Assembly (NCBI GenBank): GCA_964016885.1
Contig: OZ024743.1
Span: forward strand, 376,898,001-376,962,000
Direction of reading: 5' to 3'
Source of the DNA: Eledone cirrhosa
Lineage: Eukaryota
DNA length: 64,000 bases
Every line of letters starts with the position of its first letter. Position 1 is the stretch's first letter. A program made the position numbers and the translations under genes. The notes under the pieces were generated by a model. That model ran no database searches. It was given only the letters and a program-made list of their open reading frames with translations, and had not been told where the DNA came from. Positions 1 through 13,860 of this stretch are shown piece after piece.

Positions 1-31
1 ATGTCAGAAACAAAGGTACTTCTCCAAATAC

Positions 32-2262
32 CCACCAACACCACCAACACCACCAATACCACCAACACCACCAACACCATCAACACCACCAATACCACCA
101 ACACCACCAACACCATCAACACCACCAACACCACCAACACCACCAATACCACCAACACCACCAACACCATCAACACCACCAATACCACCAACACCACCAA
201 CACCACCAATACCACCAACACCACCAACACCACCAACACCACCAACACCACCAATACCACCAACACCACCAACACCACTAACACCACCAACACCACCAGC
301 ACCACCAATACCACCAACACCACCAACACCACCAAAACCACCAACACAACCACCAACACCACCAACACCACCAACACCACCAACACCACCAACACCACCA
401 ACACAACCACCAACACCACCAATACCACCAACACCACCAACACCACCACCAAAACCACCAACACAACCACCAACACCACCAATACCACCAACACCACCAA
501 CACCATCAACACCACCAACACCACCAACACCACCAACACCACCAACACCACCAACACCTCCACCTCAATCAACAACAACAACATCAGCAATAATACCATC
601 CTCACCATCAACACAACCACTACCAACACCTTCACAAGCACAACCACCACAACCAATACCACTATCACCACTACCACCACCACCACCACTACCACCACCA
701 ACAACAGCAGTAATACCAAGCACAACCACCACAACCAATACCACTATCACCACCACCACTACCACCACCACCACCACTACCACCACCAACAACAGCAGTA
801 ATACCAAGCACAACCACCACAACCAATACCACTATCACCACCACCACTACCACCACCACCACCCCAAGCACTTCCGCACCATCACCACCACTACCACCAT
901 TACCATTACCACCACCACCGCATCACCACCATCACCACTACCACTACCACCACCATAACTATTACAACCACCATAACCATTACCACCATCACCATCACCA
1001 CCATCACCAACACAACTATTACCACCAGCATCACCACTAATACCTCCCCACTACCACCATCATCACATCATCACCATCATCACCATTACCACCACTACCA
1101 CCACCACTACCTCCATCACCAGCACAACTATTACCACCACCATCACCACTACTATCTCCCCCACTACCTGCATCATCACCATTACCACCACCATCACTAC
1201 CACCACCACCATCATCACTATCACCATCATCACTACAACTACCACCACCATAATCACCATTTCCATCATCACTACCACCACCATCACTACAACTGCCACC
1301 ACCATCATCATCATTTCCATCATCACTACCACCACCATCACTACCACTACCACCATCATCACTATCACCACCATCACTACAACTGCCACCACCATCATCA
1401 TCATTTCCATCATCACTACCACCACCATCACTACCACTACCACCATCATCACTATCACCACCATCACTACAACTGCCACCACCATCATCACCATTTCCAT
1501 CATCACTACCACCACCATCACTACTACTACCACCACCACCATCACAACCACTACCACCACCACCATCATCATCATTACCATCATAACCACTACCACCACC
1601 ATCATCACCATTACCACCACCATCACAACCACTACCACCACCACCATCATCACCATTACCATCATCACCATTACCCCCACCACCACCTCCACCATCACTA
1701 CCACCACCACCATCATCACCATTACCACCACCATCACAACCACTACCACCACCACCATCATCACCATTACCTCCACCACCATCATCACCATACCCCCACC
1801 ACCACCTCCACCATCACTACCACCACCACCATCATCACCATTACCACCACCATCACAACCACTACCACCACCACCATCATCACCATTACCTCCACCACCA
1901 TCATCACCATACCCCCACCACCACCTCCACCATCACTACCACCACCACCATCATCACCATTACCACCACCATCACAACCACTACCACCACCACCATCATC
2001 ACCATTACCTCCACCACCATCATCACCATACCCCCACCACCACCTCCACCATCACTACCACCACCACCATCATCACCATTACCACCACCATCACAACCAC
2101 TACCACCACCACCATCATCACCATTACCCCCACCACCATCATCACCATTACCCCCACCACCACCTCCACCATCACTACCCCACCACCATCATCACCATTG
2201 CCCCCACCACCACCTCCACCATCACTACCACCTCCACCATCATCACCACCATCATCACCAAA
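32..2262. repeat. Compound CAC/CAT/AAC-type low-complexity array: 9-bp ACCAACACC units, then degenerate (CAC/CAT)n with local higher-order duplications
   Basis: Directly visible tandem units; explains the T/N, V/M and H-rich ORFs. Confidence 0.95.
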
Positions 2263-2799
2263 CATAGGTCAGTTGATTTACAAATAAAGATGTTCGGCCA
2301 TCTTTGTTTTATTCGAAACTATTCCTTCCTTAATTCCAGCTAAATTATTACCAATTAGCTGGCATTTGTTTACATTTGCTGTTAAAACACGACTATAATG
2401 AAATTAGCAGTTTTACTTTTTACATTTATTGTCATTTATATTTCATTTTATTTCTCTTTTGTTTATGTATATCAACCCCCATCTCAAACAACATATATGT
2501 ATATGTATATATATATGTATATGTATAGATAGATGCCATCATACGTGTATATATATATATATATGTGTGTGTGCGCGCGCGCGCGCGCGTGTGTGTGTAT
2601 GTGTGTGTGTATAAGTATATATATATATATATATCTATGTGTGTGTGTGTATGTGTGTGTATATATATATTTGTATATGTATATATATATATATATATAT
2701 ACATATATGTGTGTATATATATATATATATATTTGTATATATATATATATATGAATATCTAAATGCTCATATATATAAATATATATCTATATAAATACA

Positions 2800-2881
<82 letters not shown>

Positions 2882-2975
2882 TATATTTTAGAATATTTTA
2901 AAATGTGTGTATGCATATTTATTTATATATACATAAATATATATATTTATATATATATATACATATACATATACA

Positions 2976-3015
<40 letters not shown>

Positions 3016-4139
3016 CACCCATATTTACATATACACATGCCAAAGCACACATGAAAACACATACATAGGCCTATATATATATATATTACTTTTACTATAT
3101 ATATATATATATATATATACACTCGTACATACACATACATTCCAACAGACTAATACATACACACACCAATACATGCATATGCATACACTATCTCAAATTT
3201 CTTCTTTTTTTTGTTTCCTATTGTTTATTATTTGTTTACTTATTTTATTTTATTTTTTCCTTTTTTTATTTTTATGTTGTTTGCCATTTTGAAATTAATG
3301 TCAAAGAACATTTCATCTGTGTTTTTTTTTGTTTTTTTTAATAATGGACAAACTCTGAGATAAAAATTTTAACTAATCAACACTAGAGTTGACTCATTAA
3401 ACATAGAAATACCAATTAACTCTAGAAGTAGTCCCAATTACAATTTTTATTGCCCAACAATCAGTGAAAAAAGATGCCATTTAAACAAAAATTACAACAG
3501 ACTGTGTTAGAGTAAAGTTCAAATTTTAAATAGCATCTGCACTTTGATAAAAATATCAAAACCTTTTCATTTTCCCAAAGCTTTTTCTTTCGGCTTCCAT
3601 TCTTTCTTTCAAAATAAATTCAATAAAAAAAAATAATATTAAATGTTATAGAAGACGATCCTCTATTGCCATTTTATCTCGCATCAAATAATTTCAATGT
3701 AAAAAAATAAATAAAAATAAAAATAATAATAATAATAATAAATAACGAATAAAGATAAAAATATAAAAATAAAAAAAAATAAAATATATAATATAATATA
3801 TAAAATATACAAAATAATGTTAAAAAGTAAAAATTAAAATATAGAAAAATATATTTTGTAAAATATATCTTTGATATATATATTTATTTTGTATTTTTAT
3901 TTGTGAGCTGTTGTCATTGTTATTGTTGTTGGTCTGTTCCATTGTTTTTAGCTTTTAATATTTTATTTGTTTGTTTGTTTATTTATGTTTTTTATTTATG
4001 TTTTTTATTTATGTGTTTTTATCTCTATTTTATCTTTTATAGTTAAAGATTTTTATTCAGTAAAAACATGCAATTTTAATCAATCTTCTTTAAGTTACAT
4101 ATAATAATAAACAAACAATATGACATATATGTATAATAT

Positions 4140-4173
<34 letters not shown>

Positions 4174-5049
4174 CACACACATACACACACACACATATTT
4201 ATATATATATATATAATATGATGTATATTATATTATATATATATGACATATATATATAACATATATAACATATATATATAACATATACATATAAGATACA
4301 TACATATACATATATAAACATAACGCGCACATACATAACATAACGCGCACACACACACACACACATACACACATATATATATATATATATATACCACAAT
4401 ATAACATAAAATAACATTAAATTACAGTTTATTGAATATTTTTATATTCTGAAAAGGCCGAAAAATCAATCAATATACACTGAAACAAGGGAGGAAATAT
4501 TCTATAATAGTTTTATCCCAGCAGAACAATATGAATAAAGTTCAATACGAAACAGAGACAATGTGATAGGGGGTTATCTGCAAAAACCTTATTGATATAC
4601 TTGTAAAGAATGCTGTTTGTTTTCATGAATAACCATTTTAAAGACATGAATACCAGATATTACGAGTAATTAGACGTTCTCTACAGTGAAGTATTATATC
4701 TAGAGTAATTACAATTAACGCTTATATCTAATTAGAAACATTGAAATTCATTAACCTTTGTTTTGTTTTGTGTTTTTCTTTTGTGTGTGTGTGTGTTTTT
4801 TTTTGTGTATGTTATGTTTTACATTGCAAGTATATTTTTGTAAATTATATATGTATGTGTGTGTATATTTATGTATGTATATATACATGTGCGTGTGTGT
4901 GATTATATATATATATATAAATACATTTATGTATTCATACACATATATTCGTATGTTTATATAATATACATACATATATATATATATATGTATGTGTGTA
5001 TGTATATGTATGTGTATATGAATGTATATGTACGTATATGTACGTATAC

Positions 5050-5110
<61 letters not shown>

Positions 5111-5394
5111 AGTCTATACGCGCGCGTGTATGTATGTATACATGTACAACTCTGTATCCTCTACTCAGTACTGTTTAATGCTCACTAATATGCATTTTAT
5201 CACACTAGCCAGTACTAATAATACTAGCCAATAACCAATACTCTATTACACACCCTTACACTAATCAATATACAGGTTCTGGCACATTTATATTTCTTTT
5301 TTGGCACATTTATATTTCTTTCAAATTCTTTCACTAAACCTAGAATGGCAGAAATATAATATTTTGAATCCGATTTAATCTTCCTTATTGATAA

Positions 5395-5533
5395 TCTCAC
5401 CGAGGTCAGCTTTGCCTTTCATCATTAAGGGGTCGATAAAATAAAGTACCAGTAATGCACTGGGGTCAATTTACCCGACATTCCCCTCCCCCAATATTAG
5501 TGGCCTTGTGCCTAATTCAGAAACCATGATTAA
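5395..5533 (+). mobile_element. 3' part of tRNA-type SINE with Deu/Nin-like core
   Basis: GAGGTCAGCTTTGCCTTTCATC..GGGGTCGATAAAATAAAGTACCAG core and GGCCTTGTGCC..GAAAC tail, shared with many copies in this window. Confidence 0.8.
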
Positions 5534-5543
5534 TAACTTGTCG

Positions 5544-5777
5544 AGGGTAGTAGATTGGCAGGATCGTTAGAGTATTATACAATATACTCTGTAGTAGTTC
5601 TTCTGACACTTTACGTTCTGAGTTCAAACCCCGCCAAGGTCAACTTTGCCTTATATTCCTACGGGGTCGATAAATAAAGTACACGTCAAGTAGTGGGCTC
5701 ATTATAATCAAATCTCCCTTCCCATCCCAGCCCGCTAAAATTGCTGTCCTTATGCCGAAATTAGAAAACTGATTATT
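5544..5777 (+). mobile_element. Full-length tRNA-type SINE (Deu/Nin-like core)
   Basis: A-box-like TGGCAGGATCG, B-box GAGTTCAAACC, core AGGTCAACTTTGCC..GGGGTCGATAAA, ATT tail. Confidence 0.85.
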
Positions 5778-5819
5778 TGCCAAACATTGCCTTTTCTTTC
5801 CTTCGCAATAAATTGAGTT

Positions 5820-5871
<52 letters not shown>

Positions 5872-5950
5872 CACACACGCACATACATATATATATATAT
5901 ACATATATATATACATATATATATATATGCATATATATATGGAGATATAT

Positions 5951-6096
<146 letters not shown>

Positions 6097-6869
6097 TAAA
6101 ATAACAGATTAAAGTTTAAGCAAAGAATCGCTGCTTTCACCCTTAACAGGATCTTCTGAAACTAACAAAGTCAATCTGTAAACGCAGAACTGGATATTTC
6201 AAAAAACGTTGCAACCGGAGGAAGACAGGAAGACGATACTTTGGTTCGTGGTAACGTTCGCTGGCAAAGAACGGGAAAAAACGAATAATACGTTATTAAT
6301 AGGAGCGGTGAAAAACAATTACGCGCAAAGACAGAACCACGTTTATGGTATAAAAGAGGTCGTAGACTAATGTTCTCTTAGGTGGTGCATAGAGACGTTC
6401 TCTGGCAATGAACGAAAAAGACGAAGATAATAAGTCATATGTGGAGCGTGGAGAACAATAGCACGCAAAGACAAAACCACGTAAATGGTATAGCAGAAGT
6501 CGTAGACTAAAATTCTAACTAGGAGACCGAATGAATCTCCGCTACAGAGTTAAGAACAAAGTAAATAAATACAATACAGAAGTAATAGAAATAAATAAAT
6601 ACATACACGCAAACAAATACGTACATACACAAGCATACGCAAAACCTTACCATAGGTATACAACCACGCACATATAAATATGTGTGTGTGTGTGTATGCT
6701 TGTGTACAAATAAATAAATAATTATATAAACGTATATAAGTAAATAAATACGTATATAACAAGCGCACACACATACCTACATATAAATACACGAATGTTC
6801 GGAGACGCAAGTCAACTAAAACAAGAAGTACACATATACACACACCCACCATACGTACGAACCTGCATA

Positions 6870-6978
<109 letters not shown>

Positions 6979-7047
6979 ATATCTCCATATATATATATGC
7001 ATATATTTATGTATATATATATATATATATTCAAATATTCGAGGTCC

Positions 7048-7081
<34 letters not shown>

Positions 7082-7364
7082 GAACCTCGAATATTTGAAT
7101 ATATATATAATTTTGAATGAAACAAAACAGTTATGAGACTGAGACTGATCATTTGTGTTTAGTGATGCATACATCTGACTAAATACAGGCAATGACTGAC
7201 TGTAATAAAACCAGAAATATTTAACTAATAACTCGTACAAAACATATTCATATTTATGATGTTTGTCTCTGTTATATTTGAGGAAACCAGTTTAGTAACA
7301 AAATGATGTTTTGTAAAAATGTGTGTTTTTATTTATTTTCTTTATCTAAATGTATTTCTTGTAG

Positions 7365-7574
7365 AAGACAGTGCTGACACGAATGACTCCTTACCTAATG
7401 GTGATACTACAGATAAAATCCCAACATCAAGTCAATCTTTTGCCTCACAACTCCTCAATGGAGACACTCCGAGTATATCGTCAATAGAAACACTCTTACT
7501 CAATATTCAAGGTCTTCTCAAAGTAGCTGCAGAGAATGCCAGACACCATGAACGGCAAATCAACTTTGAAAAAG
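7365..7574 (+). CDS. dac: Internal coding exon of dachshund (start of DD2/DACH-box C domain)
   Basis: Translation SSIETLLLNIQGLLKVAAENARHHERQINFEK matches the Dachshund/DACH DD2 signature SSIETLLxNIQGLLKVAxxNAR. Pyrimidine-rich tract plus TAG acceptor ending at 7364; AAG|GTTAGT donor at 7574/7575; phase 1-1. Confidence 0.93.
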
Positions 7575-8834
7575 GTTAGTGATTGCAGAATTTATGCAAA
7601 TAGTTATACAAACTTCTTCTTAACATAGTATGGAGTTCTGAATAATTCAATAAATGTTATGTCGCGCTAAAAAAAAAAAAAAAAAAAAAAAAATTTCCAT
7701 CCAAAGAAATTTTTTCCAGCTTTCCACCATGTGTTTACATGTTTTTCATTACAGGGATCTTCTATGTTTTTTTTTTATTTTACTGTGTATTCTTAGAGGG
7801 AAGGGCAGATGAGGAAGGAAGGGAGCGAGATAGATCCTTAAATCAGAAACTTGGCTCCAAAGCCTGAAGCAAAGTGGACTTTGGTTAAAGAAATAAAGAA
7901 ACAGGTGATGGTATTAAACTAGTCGACCAATTATACCTACAATGCAAGTAGGCCTAGGCGGGATTGGAACTCTGAATGCAAAGAGTAAAAACAAATATTA
8001 AAATATTACAAGACATCTCATCCAACACTAACAATTTTGTTGATCAGAACGAGAATTAAAGTTGACTTCAGTAGGATTTAAACTCTGAGAAGATTTTAAT
8101 TTTTAAATGTAGAAATCCTAACGCAGAAATGTTTCTAATATATAGTGGATCATGATAAAAGAAAAGTAGTTGGAAAAATCGGTGTCGCTGTACACTTTTA
8201 TCATCTCCTGGTATACTTTACACGATTTTCTCAACTATTAGTTGTCATCAGCTATTATCTGCATTGAGACACCCACATTTCAAATTATAGATTGTATTTA
8301 ACCAAATTTAAAAGAGAGTAACTGAAATTGTCATTATGATGACATAATAACTTTGTTTATTGACTAAAAAGCGTTCAGTGGAAGCCATTATCATGGCCAT
8401 TATAAACGTTCAGTGGAAGCTTATTATCATGGCTTTGTTATCAATCGGTTATTGTTATCAACATTAGTAGGTTTCAAATATTTATTTGTTTAATGTTATC
8501 AGCTGGTTATCTCTGTGTCTATCCAGTTTAGAATAAGCATACTGTAGCTCCACCTCTCTTAAGAAGTGACAAAAAGACAGCTACCAGGAACGGCTTCTAA
8601 CCATAAAACATTGCCTCATGATGAGCATGAAACTTGCCTTGAAGCCTGCAAGGATAATACTTACTTAAAACACTTATTGTTGTTGTTGTTATCTAGTTAT
8701 TGCTATTTGTAGGCTTTATTCTCAACTGATCGCATGTGGCTACCATTGTAATTACATAATTAATTTTCCCTAAGTTTAAAACTTTTCGTGACTGCATTGT
8801 ATATGTTTCAATTAATTTTGAAAATAATTAATAA

Positions 8835-8945
8835 TTTGGCAAAGTCGTTAGATTGTTACAAACATGCTTTATGGTATTTGTTCTGACTCTCTGTGTGCTG
8901 AGCTCAAATCCCTCCGGTATAATATTGCCTTTCATCCTTTTGGGC
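8835..8945 (+). mobile_element. Degenerate SINE head/core
   Basis: TTGGCAAAGTCGTTAG..CTGAGCTCAAATCC..TTGCCTTTCATCCTTT resembles the other SINE copies. Confidence 0.6.
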
Positions 8946-9158
8946 GACTGGCTTCGTTCATTCTGAGTTCAAGACGCGCCTCTTGTCACAGAGAAAGCAA
9001 TTATGCTTTCTACCAGGAATTGCGACCGACTGATAGGTTTTAGCAATGAAATGACCAATGAAAACATAGATTATTTCATTTACAAAGGTAACACTGAGAG
9101 TCCAGAAGTTATGTTCAAAATTTCAAGTACTTTGTTATAAACATAGATAGTATATATA

Positions 9159-9200
<42 letters not shown>

Positions 9201-9203
<3 letters not shown>

Positions 9204-9628
9204 GGTGGCTGCCAACTCGTTTTCGAGTACGGCCACTACTTTATATCAATGTAGGAGAACTTGTACCAATGCGCTGAACGAGTGTGACTTTTTAGTCTAG
9301 CCAGCGACTTGAAAACTCTAGTACAAACACTACACCTGTGACAATTATTGACACATAGTGCTGGGCCCATGGTACCATGTGACGACAAGTGCAGGGAGAT
9401 CTCCAGATATAAAGCAATGCCTGTGCCGTGAAGCTTTTATAGTGAGCAAAGGCACTGCACAAAGCCAGTCCCACTCTCTTAACCAAGATGATATTTACCA
9501 AAAAGAAGAACAAGTCAACATCATTGGATACCATCAGGGTTGCAGGTGTTATATCAGAGCTTTCCTTCTCCTAGAATTCTGCCTTGACAAAGGCTAAGGG
9601 GTCATCTCTCCCGGTGATTTTGGATGGC
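9201..9628 (-). mobile_element. Short non-autonomous element resembling an RTE-clade 5' UTR (bipartite RTE-type SINE candidate)
   Basis: Minus strand carries TCTAGGAGAAGGAAAGCTCTGATATAACACC, which resembles the RTE 5'-UTR motif as I recall it; bounded by (TATG)n and (TA)n; no RT ORF. Confidence 0.5.
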
Positions 9629-9698
9629 CATACATACATACATACATACATACATACATACATACATACATACATACATACATACATACATACATACA

Positions 9699-10586
9699 GA
9701 GAAATCGGAAGATCCTATTCAATGTTCAAACAAGATGAAAAAATTGACCAATTTACAGAAAAAGTTGTGCACGGATACTTGAGACGTAAAACACAGACCA
9801 TAGAGAGGATAAACCACTCAAAAAGCCTGTTTATGATATCACACCTTGAGGGATATCTCTATTCAATACAGGAACAAGAACTCCCTACCAAATATCAGCT
9901 GCACAAAACAGGAGGGCCAGCAGCTGACAATAAATGCAGGCTATGTAAAACAAAGATCGAAGATGTAAGCCACATTGTTGCCAGCTGCCAAAGAATGTCA
10001 TCTCGCTACTACCTCCCCATGAGACACGATGTGATAGCTAGAACCATCTGGAACGCACTTCGGAAAACAAAATTGAAAAGAAACGTGGTAGAATATATTG
10101 AGACAGATGGCACTAAGGAATACTGGTGGAACCTGAAAATAAAAACTGCCACCAAATTAAAGCACAACCGGCCTGATATTGTTGTTTGGGACCACACATT
10201 GAAAACGTGTTCCGTTGTGGAGATCAGCTGCCCACTTGATGTAAATGTTGTCAGAAAAATACAGGAGAAGGAGGACATCTACGGACCATTGATGAGGAGT
10301 TTACAAATCCAGTATCCAAGATACACCTTTAGCTTCTTACCCATCATTATTGGAGCTACGGGTTATATACCAACCCGCTTGGACCAATGTATAACTGAAC
10401 TTGGATTTGCGGACAAAGAGCGCAGCTCCCTAATTCATAGTCTACAGATGGCTGCGATAGCTGGCACCTTCAAAACTTTCAAAACATTCTTGCGATTCAA
10501 GGGATGACAATTTCTTTTCTTTTACAACCTTGCTACCAGGAAGGTGGCCGGTCAAAAGTATACTCGAAATTAAGAGAAAGAGATAA
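9699..10586 (+). mobile_element. 5'-truncated R4/Dong-clade non-LTR retrotransposon (CCHC zinc knuckle plus restriction-like endonuclease) inside (CATA)n
   Basis: Open frame to 10507: CRLC..EDVSHIVASC, RHD, HNRPDIVVWD..VEISCP..K..EK..Y; (CATA)n at 9629-9698 and 10587-10606. Confidence 0.88.
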
Positions 10587-10603
10587 CATACATACATACA
10601 TAC

Positions 10604-10768
<165 letters not shown>

Positions 10769-10906
10769 TTTAATATGGAAATGGCTTCTACAGGACTAGA
10801 ACTGTTTCATTAAAAAGAAATCATGATGTTTACACACTACTAATGTATTGAGTACATTACTAACTGTGTTTACCCCCGATTGCACCCGGGACTCATATTT
10901 AATATA

Positions 10907-11008
10907 TAATGTGTCCCCAAAAATGTATACACACCTTGATTACCTGTACAGGCAATATTTATTAGAATGCTGTTGAAGTATATATACATTTTTTGGGGGG
11001 ACACCCTG
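10907..11008. mobile_element. Tc1/mariner-type MITE
   Basis: Inverted termini GTGTCCCCAAAAATGTATAC and TATACATTTTTTGGGGGGACACCCTG, followed by TA. Confidence 0.65.
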
Positions 11009-11139
11009 TATATATATATTATTCTTCTGTAAATATAATTCATTCTTCTCTAAGTATAATCATTTCTTTCTTGATTGTATAACAATCTAGGAGGGAGAAA
11101 TTGTAGCGGGTGAGGGTCCGAGGGAAATTCAACTTAAAT

Positions 11140-11399
11140 CAATGGTCCCCAACCTTGGGTATCAGTCTTCAGGGTGTTCGTGAGATTTTTTTCAAAATTA
11201 TTTATTTACACATATTTTTAAGTGTCCATTTTTTTCTCTGAGTATAAACATTTCTGTCTTTTGATTTTTGTGATCACTGTATAACAATCTGACACGATAA
11301 TAATTATAGCGAGGTATGGGTGGGTGAGTGTATGGTATCTTTGGGAAAATTCATTAAATACAAAGGGTTCTTAGTAGTGAAAAAGTTTGGGAACCACTG
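11140..11399. mobile_element. hAT (Charlie-like) MITE
   Basis: TIRs CAATGGTCCCCAACCTT and AAGTTTGGGAACCACTG. Confidence 0.65.
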
Positions 11400-11790
11400 G
11401 TCTATAACTAGATAAATGACCAAAGTTTTGTTAAGCAAGGCTGCATAAATTACATAAGATAGAATCACGTAAACGTAACCATATGTGTCAGAATAGGAGG
11501 ATAAGGGAGAGGAGACCAGGATGAGGGGGTGTAGGAAGAAGAGAAGACAGTGACTGTGTGGGAGGAAGGGGAGGTTAGACTGTAAAAATCAAAATTTTTC
11601 TAATTAAAAATTCAATTTAAACAAGATATTGAAATTATATTTTTCTGGACTGCATGTATTTATTTTTTAAATTAAAATAAATAAATAAATAAATTTTACT
11701 CTAGGTTTTGTTCCCACCCCCGTCCCCACTACAACTACTTTTGTTTTTTGTTTAGTTTTTTATGTCTGTGTGCGTGTCTGTGTGTGTGTG

Positions 11791-11828
<38 letters not shown>

Positions 11829-11870
11829 TTTCACTTGCTCGTTCCTTGGCTGCTTCTGCAGGAAATCGGG

Positions 11871-11927
<57 letters not shown>

Positions 11928-12461
11928 TATGTATACATATATATATATACATATATATATATATACATATATACACATACATATATATATAATACATATA
12001 CATATATGTGTATGTATACACACTACTACACACATATATACATACATACGTGTGTGTGTGCGTGTGTTTCTTTTGGATTTAAATACTCTTCCTTCTTTAT
12101 TTCCTATTTTATTTTTTTCTTATTTAAAAAAAATCTTTGAATTATTTTTTGTTTGTTTTAAATATTCTTTTAAATTTTGTTTAAATTTTGTACGTAATAT
12201 TCGTCTTCTTCTTCCATTTATTTAAATGGTGCTAATCTTTTCCGCTTCTTTTTATCGGGGAATTCATTGAAGTTGTTGAAAAATCTAAAGTTTACTTCCT
12301 CCTCCCCTTCCTCCCTCTCTTCCTCTTCCTCCTCCTCTCCTCCTGCTCATTTCCCTTCCTTCTTCTTATCCCTCACTGTCTTTGGATGTGGTTGTTTGTT
12401 GTTGATGCTAGCCTGTCCTTTTAAGGTAAACACCGACGCCACCATCACTGGCAGTTGCAGC

Positions 12462-12730
12462 AGTGGTGGGGTGGGGTGGAGAGGTGTGTTGGTGGTTGAG
12501 GTGATTGTAATGGTGGTGGTGGTGGTAATGGTGGTGGTTGTAATAGTGGTGGTGGTGGTGGTAGTAGTGGTGGTGGTTGTAATAGTGGTAGTGGTGTTAG
12601 TGGTGGTGGTGGTGGTGGTGGTGGTGGTGGTGGTGGTGGTGGTGGTGGTGGTGGTGGTGGTGGTGGTGGTGGTGGTGGTGGTGGTGGTGGTGGTGGTTGA
12701 GGTGGTTGTAATGGTGGTGGCGGTGGTAGT
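12462..12730. repeat. (GGT)n microsatellite
   Basis: Direct. Confidence 0.95.
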
Positions 12731-12855
12731 AAGAGGTGTAAATTGATATGTAGAAACAACTCCGAAGAAATATACGGTTGTTTCTTGTCGGTTGTTTCGA
12801 CTGCGTGATCTGCCGAGGAAGCTTCTAGAATTATTAAAGTTAATTAGATATAGAA

Positions 12856-12947
<92 letters not shown>

Positions 12948-12949
<2 letters not shown>

Positions 12950-13805
12950 TCAAGGAGGAAGAGCAGCCTTAAGGGAAAATCCCTTCATAGTACCTTCTTT
13001 GAGAAAACTGAATTTAGAGATCCACAGACATGGAACTGGTTGAGAAGAGGAGACCTCAAAAAGGCTACAGAAGGAATGCTAATGGCTGCGCAGGAGCAGG
13101 CCCTCAAAACGAAGTGGTTGAAGCACCATATCTACAAGGAGGAGGCTAGCCCACTGTGCAGGATCTGTGGAGAGAGAGAGGAGACTGTGGCCCACATTGT
13201 GTCCGAGTGTAAACACCTAGCCCAGACCCACTATAAGGGCTGGAGACACGATGTGATGGGCAGGGTGATCCACTGGCACCTGTGCAAAGTAAACAATCTA
13301 CCACATTCTGAGAAATGGTATGAGCATAGGCCAGAGGCGGTGATGGAGAACAGTCAGGTGAAGGTGCTGTGGGATTTTAGGATACAGACGGACAAAAAAC
13401 TGGAACACAATAGACCTGACCTGGTGGTTGTGGACAAAGAAAAAAGATCGTGCCTGATTGTGGATGTGGCCTGCCCGTTCGACACGAGAGTGCAAGAGAA
13501 GGAGAGGGAGAAAATTAACCGATACCAGGACCTAAAGTGGGAGGTGAAAAGGATTTGGAACTGCCATGAAGTCAAAGTGATCCCGATTGTCATAGGCGCA
13601 CTGGGGACTATCTCCAAAGGTTTCCAGGGATGGTTAAAGAAAATCGGCCCCTTCACGCTTTTTGGAACGCTTCAAAAGGCATGCTTGCTTGGAACGGCAA
13701 GAACCCTCCGATACGTCCTGAATATCTGAGGCTGCAGGTAGTGGCTTGATATTCAATCCAACGGACTTTCCAGTTAACCAACATCAATGACTGAGATTCA
13801 AGGAA
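12948..13805 (+). mobile_element. 5'-truncated R4/Dong element, family A copy 1, flanked by (TAA)n
   Basis: Frame open 12947-13729: CRICGEREETVAHIVSEC, RHD, HNRPDLVVVD..VDVACP..KEREKINRY; (TAA)n 12856-12947 and tail to 13839. Confidence 0.92.
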
Positions 13806-13860
13806 TAACAATAACAATAATAATAATAATAATAATAATCAGAAGAAGAAGAAGAAGAAG

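Noticed and set aside
1-801. 266-aa Thr/Asn-rich mucin-like ORF
   Set aside because: Translation of a 9-bp/CAC repeat; no signal peptide, domain or splice support
5544-5777. tRNA genes at A-box/B-box motifs (here and at other SINE heads)
   Set aside because: No cloverleaf; each continues into the SINE core and tail
8368-8442. Two-copy direct repeat of about 36 bp (CGTTCAGTGGAAGC..ATTATCATGGC)
   Set aside because: Simple local duplication with no further structure
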